Assembly: GCA_028534125.1 (NCBI GenBank)
Contig: CM052817.1
Coordinates: 80,974,001 to 81,038,000, forward strand
Source of the DNA: Lama glama
Taxonomy: Eukaryota
DNA length: 64,000 nucleotides
Direction: 5' to 3'
Below, piece after piece: positions 51,134 to 64,000 of this stretch (positions are counted from its first letter, which is position 1; each line of letters begins with the position of its first letter). Under the pieces are notes generated by a model that saw only the letters and a program-made list of their open reading frames with translations, was not told the origin of the DNA and did not search any database. A program made the position numbers and the translations under genes.

Positions 51134-54100
51134 GACCACAAATCTGCCTAATAAATTTCAATCTTAGTTGCAATTAAGTCAGATTTGGCAAAAAAAATAA
51201 GCTGATTTATATTTTCCAGTCATCTAAATGTTTAAATATGTATTGCATATGTGTTCCACATCACCTCTTCTCTTTCTCTGGTATGTATTAGTTTTAGTTG
51301 TCACTCCTTTGATTTCCCAAAGTGCTGTGTTTAGAATTTAGCCATTGAACTTGTACTAAAATTATTTTGAGTATTTTTGATCCTAATGTACTGAAACATA
51401 GAAATCAGCGAGTGAGAAATGTCAATCTTTTGGTTTGGTTTTTTTTTTTTCGTTTTGTTTTGTTTTTTATTTTCATGGTGAGAGAAGATAGAGGATAATG
51501 AATTTCCAAGAGAAAACTAGAACTCTCACTCTAATAAATACACGGTAGGGAACCTGACCCTTTAAGAAGGTGTATGTATAAAACCTTAAGTGGTGTACCT
51601 GTGTGCTGAGGGGACTAAACTTTGCCAAGTATAAGAAATGAGATTATTTTATGTTTTAACCATTATCATCTTCAAAGTTGTAGAATGAAATCTCTCTTCT
51701 CTGTTGGATAACATTTTGGGCAGATTTGATAACTTCCTAGGAAATTTCAATAATCAAAATTTTTTTCTACTCCAATTTATAAGTCCAGTATTATATTTGA
51801 TAAAATGATTTTGTCTCTCGTGTTGGCAGAAACAAAGGTTCTATAGTATCCCATATAATCTGAAGTTAGTCCCTGATGAATTAGTGATAACATTCTTTCC
51901 CCTCCCCTGCTGGCTAGTTCTAAATGAGAAGGAAGCAGGTCCTGCTCTTTCACTTCTCCTCCCTGCCCCCCCACCCTAGAGCATGGGCATATGTGTGCAA
52001 AGCACAAGTTAGTTACTTGCTACTTGTCTCCCTCTACCTCCTGCTAAATTTCTGTTTCCTTTTGTCTATAGGGTCAGGGAGAAAGGAGTTCAAAAAAGGG
52101 GCATGTCATTCATGTCTTTTCTGTTGCTGTGCCAAAACGCTGGATCTCTCAGAGGGAGGATGAATGAGTTCAAGAACCAAATAAGAAACCCCTTCTCACA
52201 CACATACACACACACCCACACACCCCCACACACACACCACAATTCCCAAAGGACATCAGGCCTCAGCTAAATTTCTTTCAATTCCTGTCAGCATCTGCCC
52301 CTGCTGGTAGATCCATTTGTTCTTTCTTCTCAATTTCTTTTGCCCTAGCCAGCATCCTCATTGCGACTCAGGTATGATGGTGAAAATTCATCTATCTTCT
52401 GTAGTATTCACCTAATCCACAGCAAACTCATGCATTTTAGCCATGACAAATGGTGGGAGGGCACAGTATTCTGCTTCTGCCTCCTTTCTCCACCCTGAGA
52501 TCATCCTAATCTTTCTATTCCTCTTCCGAGAGAGGTGTAGGGAAGATTATTAGTGATTCTTTTGGAGTACCCCCTCAGTTTGGTTTTGTGATCTCCCTAA
52601 TAGGCTGAGTTATTTTTCCAAGATTTCTTATAGGTGATAGTCATATAAATGAAGAGAGGGGCTGGGGAGGTCTATATGCTGACTGGTGGCCCTGGAGGAG
52701 GGAAGTTATTTGTGGCTTTTCTTTGATTGCAGAATACTTGGAAAGTTTGTTCTCCAGTCTGCGACTGTAGTTTCTCATTCAGGGCACTCAACATGCTATT
52801 ATATCAGTAACAGATTTATTCACGTAGGGTGCAACCATAGTGAGAATGGTTAGCCTCTAGACACTGAATTCTGACCAACTGCCTTGGGATTTCCTTGGAA
52901 ATCTAATTTTTTAAAGAATGGAAAACAAAATTGAAGAGTGATAATTCAAAGTATATTTTCTCAATTCTTAGAAGTTCTAAACATAAGCTTCTTTGTATGG
53001 CAGATCTACACTGATTTTCATGGCTCATACTACTCTAAATTTATATCCCTGCTTCTTAAATGTAATTTACGTACTATTAAAAATCTCTCTCTCCATAGTT
53101 TTAATTTCTCCACATTTAGAATGACAAGAATTATTGTCTACCTATATCACAGTAGTTTTATAATCATAAAAGATAAAATGGGTTTATAATTATTTTATAA
53201 ACTGCAAAATGCTGAGAAATATGAAATAGTAGTGTCTTTGTTTGATTTTTGTCTTTTGGCCCTACTTATTTCAAAACTCATTTATGCATAAAATTGATTC
53301 CACAAAGGAAAAGACAGGTTTTAGAAGAAAAAAAAAATCACCCAACCCATCTTGTTTCTCTTAGAACTGGAAACAGGAACAATGATGACCAACCACTCAG
53401 ACCCTGAATAGGAGAAGAACTGACTCCTTTGTTATACCCTGAAGCCACGTGATATAAGTGAGGGGAGCAGCCACTAGCTTCCAAGCTGGAGCTGAGATTT
53501 GACCAGTAGGTTTTCTGTAGGAGGAAGTGGTTCAGAATAAAAAACTTGTATTTGGACAGTTCTTGGCCCCCTTCTCACCAGCACAGAATGTGATCTTGGT
53601 CAAGTTGCTTATATGTAAATGAGCATAATGACATTACTGCATTGGGTGGATGAAAACTTTTAACATGTTGCTGTGCAATAATGTCCACACTATAACCCAT
53701 TATTAGCTCTTACTTTGTATTAGCATTATTTGAGATGTTTTACATGCATTATGTTATTTACGTACTTCTAAATGCTTTACATACATAACATGGATGGTGT
53801 GCTTGTGTGTACCATATCCTTTTTTAGCTAGATAGTAGTTAGCTGTCAGAAAGGCTAGCGAAAGCAAAATTTGTCTAATTCTCCATAAAACTTTCAATCA
53901 GGCAGTTGGAAAGCTTGGCAACATCAGGGCAGTAAGTAGAGAGCCAGAAGGGCTTAGACCACAGATTCAGGGCTTTCCCTCTGGACACATAATTACTGGC
54001 ATCTGCAGGCACAGTCTTTCGTGTGGGTTTCCTTGGACATATGCTGCATAACTGATCCCTTTTCAATATTATTCTACTGGACATAAGTTTGCTCATTTCA

Positions 54101-54204
54101 TTCTCAGTATCTAGTTTCAAGACTGAAGAACCACGATCTCATGGCCAGAATGGAAGATATACTTGCTGCCTCTGAACGGATTATGTAAGAATGCCCCTTG
54201 ATAA

Positions 54205-54640
54205 ACTTCTTTTTAATCTTATATTCATAAGAGAGTTCTGCAGACCTAAAAATATGTTGTGAGAAAAAAAAGGGTTCTGTGGTCAATATAATTTGCAAAA
54301 TACATTGGTGTATATAAATTAAACAACTCTTAACTAAAAGGCTCTTAGAGATCAGTTCTACTCTAACGTGCTTCCTAAATCTGCAAGAAGGAACAGTACT
54401 GGGTTCCCTTCTCACTTACATATAGTGTGATCTTGGTCAAGCTGCTTAGGGGGAAATTAGCATAGTGATACTACTATATTGGGTGGACTGAAAAACTCGT
54501 AATATGTTGGTACACAATATTATCCATATTATATATCCATGTTATAGAAAACATAGTGTGTGTCTATTTGCCCAGGAATACTTTTCAAGGAGATTCTCCT
54601 AGGATAATATTTCATGGATCATACTTTGGAAAACAAATAT
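54205..54640. mobile_element. MER112-like hAT-Charlie element interrupted by an insert of about 155 bp
   Basis: aaaaagggttctgtggtcaatataatttg..aatctgcaagaagg, then insert, then catagtgtg..ttcatggatcatactttggaaa. Confidence 0.55.
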
Positions 54641-56137
54641 CTAAGTGTACCATCCTCATTTTTCAGTCAGAAAGATAGACCTGAAAGCAACTGGAGTCCT
54701 AATTTGAGTCTGCATGAAAATTGTCCCCTAATATTTCCCCTTCCTTCACCACATCAAAGTAAAACTCAAAGTCTCCTGTTTGAAACAGAACTGGCAGCTC
54801 CAACTTGAATAGGTGGATCAGTTCATATGATGTCCTTTTAGAGGAAACCACAATCTCTCATGCTCTCAATTTTTCCTTATCTTTCCACAGTGGTGAGAAA
54901 ATCAGATTTCAATGCTTTGACTGATGTTTTATTTCTAAACTTAATATAGATGCTATCTACTCTGTAGACAGAGACCTTTTATTTACTCCCAAATTCATCC
55001 ATCTGGCACCCAGCCACAAAATTCATTTGTAAAAACCTTCTATGAATCTAAGAAATAGAATCTCTTTTGAATGTCATTTGGTTTAGTTTAGCCAAATCAA
55101 AGATTAATGGTTGGGGGTGGGCAGTGGAGTAGAGCATTTCTAATAATTAGATCTCAACCAAGGGGTGCAGTTCTGCTTAAAGGGAGTATTTGGTCTGAAT
55201 TAAGAATGTCTGCTACAAACAGCTCACCACAGCCCCCTGTCATTTTTGAATTTTGATAGCCCAGTCTGCTTCTATCTCTGGGTATAACTCCTCTTGGGTA
55301 CTGTCTCGCCTTTTGTGCATGTGTTTGTCACATTCTTGACTTTGAGGGAGTAAGACTAACAGACCAGGAAACAAATCTTACATATAATTTATTTATTCCC
55401 CTTCTAATACTTTTTCTCAAAATGTTATCCAAATTATTCTGATACTGAGATGATATCAAAGATTCTTCATATAGGGAGAGTTCTCTTGAAAGGACAAAGA
55501 TCCTTAAACTTCAGAGATTCACAGAAGTTTGCATCTAAGTCATGTGAATAATAAGCACCATATTCTGTTGCAGGAACTCTTTTTGGTTACTTTTTTGTAT
55601 TATTCATTCATCACGGTATCTTGAGAGAAACATGTATCTGTGACTTGGACAGTATTTCTAAGTTGTGTTAAATCTGCTAGTTCAGCTTTACATGCCCAGG
55701 AAGAAGCTTCCCATATTGCCCTCTGATTGCCATCAATTCTGTTGATTTAATGGTTTTAGCATTCTTTCCTCACTCGGCTTTTCATTACATTTTGTTTCTA
55801 ATTGCTGTCTTCAACTCCTCTTCCTTTACATTATCTTCAGACTTTAAATTTCCCTTCCTAGAATTCCTTTCCCAGACCTCTAGACTTGTGAGCCTACACA
55901 ATCTGAGTTTAAGAACTAGAGATCACTTGTATAGTTCTGTTTGTTCAGAACAGAGAAGCTCCTTTATTTAAGTGCATGGTTCACATAAGGCATTTAATTG
56001 GTCATACTAAATTGTTCTTACTGCAATATAAATTAATATCATTAAGCTATAAAGTCTCACAAAATTTGCAGAAGATATAAAACTGGAGAAGTGTACATAT
56101 TGTATATAGGTGCTTAACAAAATTTTTCTTATATAAG

Positions 56138-56328
56138 TTCTTGGTTCAGGGGATATTTGACAATTTCTAGGGACATTTTGGGTTGTCCAACTAGAGAGAT
56201 GCCATTGGTATCTAGTACGTGGAGGGAGGCCAGGGATGCTGTTAAATATTCTACAGTGAAGAGAAACAATGCCTTACAGCAAAGTTCCATTCCCAAAATG
56301 TCAATAATACCTCTGTTGAGAAACTCTG
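56138..56328. mobile_element. MER20 hAT-Charlie element
   Basis: ggggatatttgacaatttctagggacattttgggttgtc..gaggccagggatgctgttaaatattctacagtg..gttgagaaactctg. Confidence 0.8.
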
Positions 56329-58249
56329 ATTTAGATAATGAGAGCACATTGTAAGTTCTCTAGCTAGTGGAACATTTGTTAACATATTACCTCTGTAAAA
56401 TAAATATATCCAAAGGATGGGTGGAGAGCCATGGAAGAGCAGCCTGAATAACAGAGCGCATGAATCATACTATCAAATAAAGTATAACTGAAGTGCCCAA
56501 GATCATATTACAGAATAGCAAAGGTTATTAGGAACAAAGTAATCTTTCTTTTCACTTTTTATTCATATTCTCTTATGCAACCTTTGCTCTTTGACATGTC
56601 CTACTTTCTTCAGAATGTGATGGTTTTTTCTTTTGTCTATGACTCATTTGTTCTTAGACACCATTCTTTATTTAAATGCAGTTCCAACTGCAACCTCAAA
56701 CCAATTGTATTGGCAGGTCTTTCCAATGCTTTTAGATAATCCATGGTACAGACAGCATATTTTCTTTTAAAGCCTCAAATCCTGGGTTGTAAAGTACCTA
56801 TAAATGAATGTTTTCCTTGTGGTGGGAAAATGTCTTATTTAAAAATTGTTTAATAGCCTGCCACTGTCAAAGGATAACATTTAGACTCTCAGCCAAGATA
56901 CTGGTGTTGATGCTAATTCCCTTCTGCTTTTTATAGCTCATGCATGACTCTCACGCACTCAATATTTTAGTTGTGTGCTACAGACCTTCCAGTGAAGCAA
57001 TTCTTGGAAATAACATGATATCATGAGTCTGTTACAGCTATTAAGCCATGGCAGCTAGAGTGGAAATGAATACAACAAAAACAGTTTATATAGGAATATG
57101 TTTCTCAGTGGATCAGTTTCAATATTGCTCCCTGTGGTTGAATCACATTTAACCTAAAGGCCAATGTTTCAGCCATCATCTACATGGACATAAATAACGC
57201 AGTGATGACAGAAATTTTATTTCCTTCAGTTTTAGGTTTGATATAAGTGTATATCTGAAACTTACTTGACAATAAATAATGCTATAAGAGATGTTGGGAA
57301 GGCTAATATTATGTACCATTATCTCTCAGGAAGTCATTCTCATTCCTTGCTCTTCTCTTCTGGTGATTTCTATCCTTAAGGAACCTCCTGTCATTCTAGA
57401 ATACAAGTTTTAGCATAAAATCTAAAGCTTGATTCTATAGTGACTGATGCAGCCATGCTGTTCTGCTCTCCAGATGACTTTGCAGTGCCCTCACATTCTG
57501 TCTTGCTCAAAGGCTTCAGGAATTCACACAGAACTATCGAAGCTATTGATGTCTCATGCAGACACCTGCCCTTTCCAATCCCTGTCCAGACAGTTGCCTA
57601 GTTATCTACTAAATTCTCACCATTCCTTCTACTGAAAACTTGGACCTTTTTTTTTTAACTTGGGTGGAATTCAGTTTATTTGGCTACAGAAATATAATTT
57701 TACACCAATATCTGCATTGATTATAGTGTAGTTTGGAGTGCCAGTAGGATAAAAAGGGGTTGGCAAGTGATGATAACAAAGAACATGTAACTTTTCAACA
57801 ACGAGAGCTGATTGAGGCAGCATCCATGGACAGAAAGGCAGAGCATGTTTCTATTGCAATATTTTTTCTTACGTGAAGGAAAGAGAGAATGATAACAAAA
57901 ATAAGTAGAAAAGCATTAACCTTACAACCTTACTAAAAAAAAGCACATTCTGAAGTCATATAACATCCGCCCAATAAAATATCATGCTAACAATGTACCC
58001 CTTACACACTGTTTTTATCATTAGCAGTAGTAAATCATAGAAATGGCTCTATCTGAATGGGACTGTGTTGATAATTGGCTGATTCATAGAAAAATTCAGC
58101 CAACTATAGTCATCCTTAAAAAAGACATATCTGTCTTAATTTTCGCTGTAAGCATAAAATATACATTTATCAACCTTTTGATGTAGAAGAGTTTTCTTTT
58201 TTCCCGAGTAGGAACCTCTTCTGTGTCATTCTTGAATCCTCCTCCTCCT

Positions 58250-58952
58250 CCAAACTATATTCTAATTGCTTCAGTTCCCCAAACTTGGGAGTAATTGTTA
58301 AATCCTGCCTCTCAGCAAAATTCTAAAATATAACATTCGACTGTGTCTCAACTCTTAATCTCTACCATGTTAGTGGATCTTCTAACTAGCTTAGATTCCT
58401 GGCTTTCATCTTTGCCCCTTTTTCTTTACCCAGCAGCTAACATGATTCTTTGAAAGGAGGCCAGATTTGTCCACTCTGCTCAAACTTTCCAATGGCTTTC
58501 ACCTCATGCAGAAAAATATACAATTCCTTACCATGCTCTGCCAAATCGTATATGATCTGGACCTCTCTCTGGCTCTCTGACCTCACCTGCTCCTGCTCTC
58601 CCCTCTCTCCCTGCTCCCTAATCACATGGCCTCCCTAGGGTTTCCAAACCGACCCAACAAGCCCTCAGCTCACACCCTTCATACTTGCTGGCCCTCCAGG
58701 TGGGAAGCTGTGCCCTTTTAGGGCCACATGGCTGCTCTTCTCATCTCACATGCCATTTTCCCAGGTCTTCATCGAACACTGTAAACATTACTCCCTCTCA
58801 CTGCACCCCAATTCAGACATCATCTCCCAATATAAACTGAGGGATGCCTCGTCTACCTTCCCCACTTAAGTTTTATGTGGCCAAGAATTTGGATGGTAAT
58901 CACAATGCTCAATAAATGTTTGTTGAATGAACAAAATTCTGAATGAATGAAC
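58250..58952 (+). mobile_element. L2 3' region
   Basis: ctctgctcaaactttccaatggctt..; ends gctcaataaatgtttgttgaatgaa. Confidence 0.7.
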
Positions 58953-60544
58953 AAACTCATCATCATACATTTCTAATGTTACTTTTCTTAAAGTATAGTA
59001 AGAACTTGAAAGCAGTAGGAAAACAATCTGAATGAGGATTTTTCTTCTAGATTTTTGTAATTCCCCAGCCCCTCCACCACTATGCAATTTCTTAATGTTA
59101 TCCAAGTAATTTTTTTTTACAGCTCCCACTAACATTTCTGGAAACAAAAATCAACTGACTCTTGCTAACCATGTATCTTGCCAGGTAGAAGCAGTAACAT
59201 ACAGGCATGACAGAAAGATCAAAACAAGTATTCAGTACATCTGTTAATTACATATATACCACATTTTTCCATATATAAATTTGTGTACACAACACAGATA
59301 AAAGACTAGGGTCATGTTTACAAACATTTAAATGTAAATTATCTTAAGTGATCATATTATGAACAAATTTTTGTTTGTTTTTTCCTTTGTGCTTTCAACA
59401 CTTTTTCCCCCATAAATACAGTTAGCAAAACTAAATTAAAATAACAATTTTTTTGAAGCTTATGAGTTTTTCAAGACATTTACCTTCAGGTGCTCTAACA
59501 GAGAAACTTTGTAATCATGACCATTTTATCAACTTTTGTTCTCTTTTGAAAAAAAATTAATACTAGCAGAATATAAGAAATTAAGAGGAAGATGTTTACA
59601 GTAGTATATTCATCTTTGGTTTTTAAACTTTCATTAAAAATTAGAATCATGTTTGAAAACCTATTGATTTTTCACTATACTTTATTCAGAATAAGCTACT
59701 TTATACAACAGCTTACTCACTTGTATTTGTCACTTTCTCATTTATTATTTACATTTGAATATTAGTGGGTCTAGATAAGAAACTTACCATCTGTCTGTGT
59801 GTATGTGTTCAATAGGAACCATGAAAGAAAAATTACAGTTTTTATATTCACAAATATGAAAGAGACAGAAGTAGGAAAAAATATAAGGGCATAACAAGAA
59901 AATAAACAAATGAACCAAATGTGTGTCTATAAAAATCAAAGTTGCTGCTAAATAAACATGAAAGCCTGATTTCTGAACACTCCAAAAGAGAATCCAGCAT
60001 AAAAGAAGGGCTAAAGTTTATGATAGCAATTGGTGGTAAGCAAGATTTCAGGCTAGAACTGCAGCTATTGCTGGAACTCCTTCTGACTAAGCCTCCCTGT
60101 AATGAGTAAGTATTGGCAGAAAGGGACCATATGGTTTGACATCATTTCTGTATCAATTCTAAGCCACAGAATGAAAATGGAAGTCTTCTTTTAGCTATTG
60201 TGGAGACAAATAGGCTCCTGCAAGAATAGTGACTCTCATCAGGTGTTAACTGACCAAGCCAAGTTTCATCGAAGATTGTGTAGATGCTGCCTGCCACTGG
60301 TTCTCAGCAAGGACAGCTGAGCTCACTAAACAGGACAGCTGACTGTGTCTGCCAACTATATGACTGTGTTAGTAAATGTTGTTCTATAAACCAAGATAGA
60401 TTTGCAACTAGAAGCAATACCACATGTTCTAGGGGCACAGTAAACTGCAGAAATATTGCTCACCTTAGGAACAAAGCTGTTTTCAATTAATCACTTTCTT
60501 CCTACATGGAACATTTAATTTTTTCCAAAGATTTAATATAGTAG

Positions 60545-61045
60545 TACTACTATCACTACTATTAACATTTTAAATGTACTAGATATGGACCAATGACTGT
60601 CATATTATTTTAAATATACTCCATTTAGCAGTTCAGTGAGTTAATTACCATTAGTATTCCCAGACCAAGATACTTAAGCTCAGAGCTTTTGAAAGTCTAG
60701 TGCAAGGACCCAGAGTAAGTAAATAGTGGAGCAGCGGAGATTCAAACCCAGGTAGCTTGGCCCAGAGTTCATGCCCTCAGGCCATGTGGCCCTGCAATAT
60801 TAAATTATTTGACAGAGTGGGCTCTGGAATTAAGTTGCTAGGTTTCAAATATTGGCTAAAACTTTTACTGTGTAACCTGGACAAGCTACTTAACCTCTCT
60901 GAACTTTGTTTCCTCAAACATAAAATCAGATTAAAATTACTAACTTGCTTCATATAGTTTTTTGTAATGATTAAACAAATTAATAAATTTAAAGTCCTTA
61001 GAAGAGCCCTTGACAGAAAATTAGCATTCACTAATCATTAGCTAT
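60545..61045. mobile_element. Two divergently oriented MIR remnants (minus about 60545-60780, plus about 60815-61045)
   Basis: gagattcaaacccaggtag; tgtgtaacctggacaagctacttaacctctctgaactttgtttcctca. Confidence 0.6.
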
Positions 61046-61052
61046 TCCCCCT

Positions 61053-61053
61053 C

Positions 61054-61104
<51 letters not shown>

Positions 61105-61108
61105 ATAC
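61053..61108. repeat. Compound (TC)n(CA)n microsatellite
   Basis: Direct reading. Confidence 0.9.
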
Positions 61109-62357
61109 AGAGTATCTATCCTTTAGCCTTTAAGCATGACATTGAGTGGATGGCCCAGTTAGTTCACTTTTATAATCTCTTCTAATCCTGGGATGATAGC
61201 ACAACATGCTCTCATATCTATGTGTTTAGATGTCATTCTCTTTTCTTACTGATGGCATTAATCATCAATTTCATTTTTTTCCAGCTCTCTTGAGATACTT
61301 TTTATCCAAAGCCATGGAATTTATTCCTCTTTTTGTTGTTTTGCTTTGTTTTGTTTTACATTTTGAAATCTGTTTTTACAAACATTCATAAAATTTTTAC
61401 TTTTCACCATAAAAATATTTTCATATAAGTGGACTTATATTCTCAAATAAATAAAATTTAAGCTCCTTGAGTTGGGACCACATGCTAAGCTGCCTCTCAT
61501 TTCACTGAGCTATCCTGGTTCTGAGTGCACAGTTGTCACACAAAATATACTCATTAAAATTGATGATTTTGATGAAGAAATGATGGTTGATTTTCTTCTA
61601 GAACAGATTCTCACATTTTATGGCTCTTTGAAATAAAGAAAAAATATATACTTGGAGAAAAACTATAACATTAAATAATCTCTACTCATAAAAGGAATAT
61701 TATAATTTTTCTTTATCTTTAAATTCAAAAGAGTAATTAAAAATATTAAAGGTGGTTAAGTCATTGACTTTTGTTTGGAATGGCTCCAATGATCATGTTG
61801 TAAAGGCTATTAATCCATGTCCATTAAAATCATTTTCTATGATTTTTCTTGGTAAATTTCAATATAAAACACACAGAGATTCCTGTTGCACCTAATGTAT
61901 TATTTAGAAATAATTATATATTTATAGTTTATGCCTTTTTGAGTTAATTAGATAGTGAACCATATCCTAATCAGTGATTCTCAGAGAATAATAGTAATCT
62001 GATTAAATTTAAACCTCAGTTGGCACAAAGATGTCTGATGGGAGTCACTTTTGGTAGTCTTTCTTTGACATCCTTTATGATTGTTTTCTACATGTCTATA
62101 TTAGCCTACTGCAAACTAAAGTACTTATTTCCTTTTCTGTAAAGTACTTCACTTAGGTAGTGGGGTGAAAACTACACTTGTAGTTTGAAATAGGTTTTTC
62201 AGCACCACACCAATTTAGTAGTAAAAAGCTAAGTAGAAAAAAAATGATTTTGACTAATTTACAATTTTAAAAATTATGTTTACTCATCTCTAGACCATCA
62301 AAACAAAAAGCAATGTGATATAGAGGCATTTTTCATATATATTACTTTTCTTTTTTT

Positions 62358-63910
62358 AAAAGAACAAAGCTTGAGGAATAACTCTCCCAGACTTTAGGAA
62401 ATACTACAGAGCTACAGTAATCAAAACAGCATGGTATGGGATAAAAACAGACATATGGATCAATGGAACAGAATAGAGAGCCCAGAAATAAATCCACAGA
62501 ACTATGGTCAATTAATCTTTGACAAAGGAGGCAAGAATATACAATCAAGAAAAGATAGTCTCTTTAGCAAGCAGTGTGGGGAAAACTGGACAGCTGCATG
62601 TAAACCAATTAAGTTAGAACATTCCCTCATGCCATCCACAGAAATAAACTCAAAATGGCTTAAAGACTGAAATATAAGACAGGACACAATAAATCTCCTA
62701 GAAGAAAACAAAGGCAAAACACTATCTGACATAAATCTTAGCAATGTTCTCTTACAGCAGTCTACCAGGCAATAGAAATAAAAGCAAAAATAAACAAATG
62801 AGACCTAATAAACTTATAAGCTTATGCACAGCAAAGGAAACCATAAGTAAAACAAAATGACAACCTACAGAATGGGAGAAAATATATGCAAACGATGCTA
62901 CTGACAAAGGCTTAATTTCCAGAATATATAAACAGCTCATATAACTTAATAAGAAAACAAACAACCCAATCCAAAAATGGGCAGAACCTAAACAATCAAT
63001 TCTTCAACAAAGACATACAAACAGCCATTAGGCAAAAGAAAAAATGCTCAGTATTACTAATTGTCAGAGAAATGCAAGTCAAAACCACAACAAGGTACAC
63101 CAGTCAGAATGGCCATCATTCAAAAGTCCACAAATGATAAATGCTGGAGAGGGTGTGGAGAAAAGGGAACCCTCCTACACTGCAGGTGGGAATGCAGTTT
63201 GGTGCAGCAGTTATGGAAAACAGTATGGAGATTCCTCAAAACTCTAAAAATAGACTTACCCTATGATCCAGCAATTCCACTCCTGGGCATATATCTGGAG
63301 GAAACTCTAATTCAAAAAGATACATGCTCCCCAGTGTTCATAGCAGCACTATATACAATAGCCAAGACATGGAAGCAACCTAAATGTTCATCAACAGATG
63401 ACTAGATAAAGAAGTTGTGATATATTTATACAATGGAATACTACTCAGCCATAGAAAAGAATAAAATAATACCATTTGCAGCAACATGGATGGACCTAGA
63501 GATCATCATTCTTAGTGAAGTAAGCCAGAAAGAGAAAGAAAAATATCATATAATATCACTCATATGTGGAATCTAAAAAAGGAAAAAGAGGACACTAATG
63601 AACTCACCTACAAAATAGAAACAGACTCACAGACATAGTAAACAAACTTATGGTTAACAGGGGAAAGGGAGAGGGAAGGGATAAATTTGGGAGCTTGAGA
63701 TTTGCAAATGTTAGTCACTATATATAAAAATAGATAAAAAAAACTTTTCTTCTGTATAGTATAGGGAACTATGTTCGATAATTTGTAATAACCTTTAATG
63801 AAAAAGAATATGAAAAAAAATTTGTATGTATATGCATGATTGGGGTGTTCTTCTGTACACCAGAAATTGATACATTATAACTGACTATACTTCAATTAAA
63901 AAAAAGATAT
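62358..63910 (+). mobile_element. Young 5'-truncated L1 (ORF2 3' third + 3' UTR + A-tail)
   Basis: ORFs 62431-62670 and 63061-63405 ([18 protein letters not shown]); TTTT/AAAA site; probable short TSD aaaagaaca / aaaaggaca (63911-63919). Confidence 0.92.
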
Positions 63911-64000
63911 AAAAGGACACTTATTACTCTTACTTAGTTGCAAGATTACTCAGAAGCTCCTGAATAATTTATTAGTTCACATTTTTGTATCTATCCTGTT

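Overview
Mammalian genomic DNA, AT-rich and dominated by transposable elements, with a 500-N assembly gap at 26183-26682. I recognise no host protein-coding exon or RNA gene. Every recognisable ORF derives from LINE-1 or ERVL remnants. The L1 3' UTRs look cetartiodactyl-like and I see no lineage-specific SINEs, so a camelid source is a tentative inference. The main finding is a scrambled L1 at 3744-7412 inside one perfect 13-bp target-site duplication (TSD). Its order is ORF2-endonuclease fragment, complete 5' UTR, ORF1, a jump over almost all of ORF2, then the 3' end and poly(A). Other notable structures: a probable L1 3' transduction of about 300 bp (39713-40207), a deeply nested L1/ERV/MER21/L1 stack at 0.9-8.3 kb, a local ~150-bp copy pasted into a MER112-like element, tailless L1 fragments and template-switch-like hairpins. 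Repeat family names come from recalled consensus sequences and need RepeatMasker/Dfam confirmation. Boundaries of old repeats are approximate.
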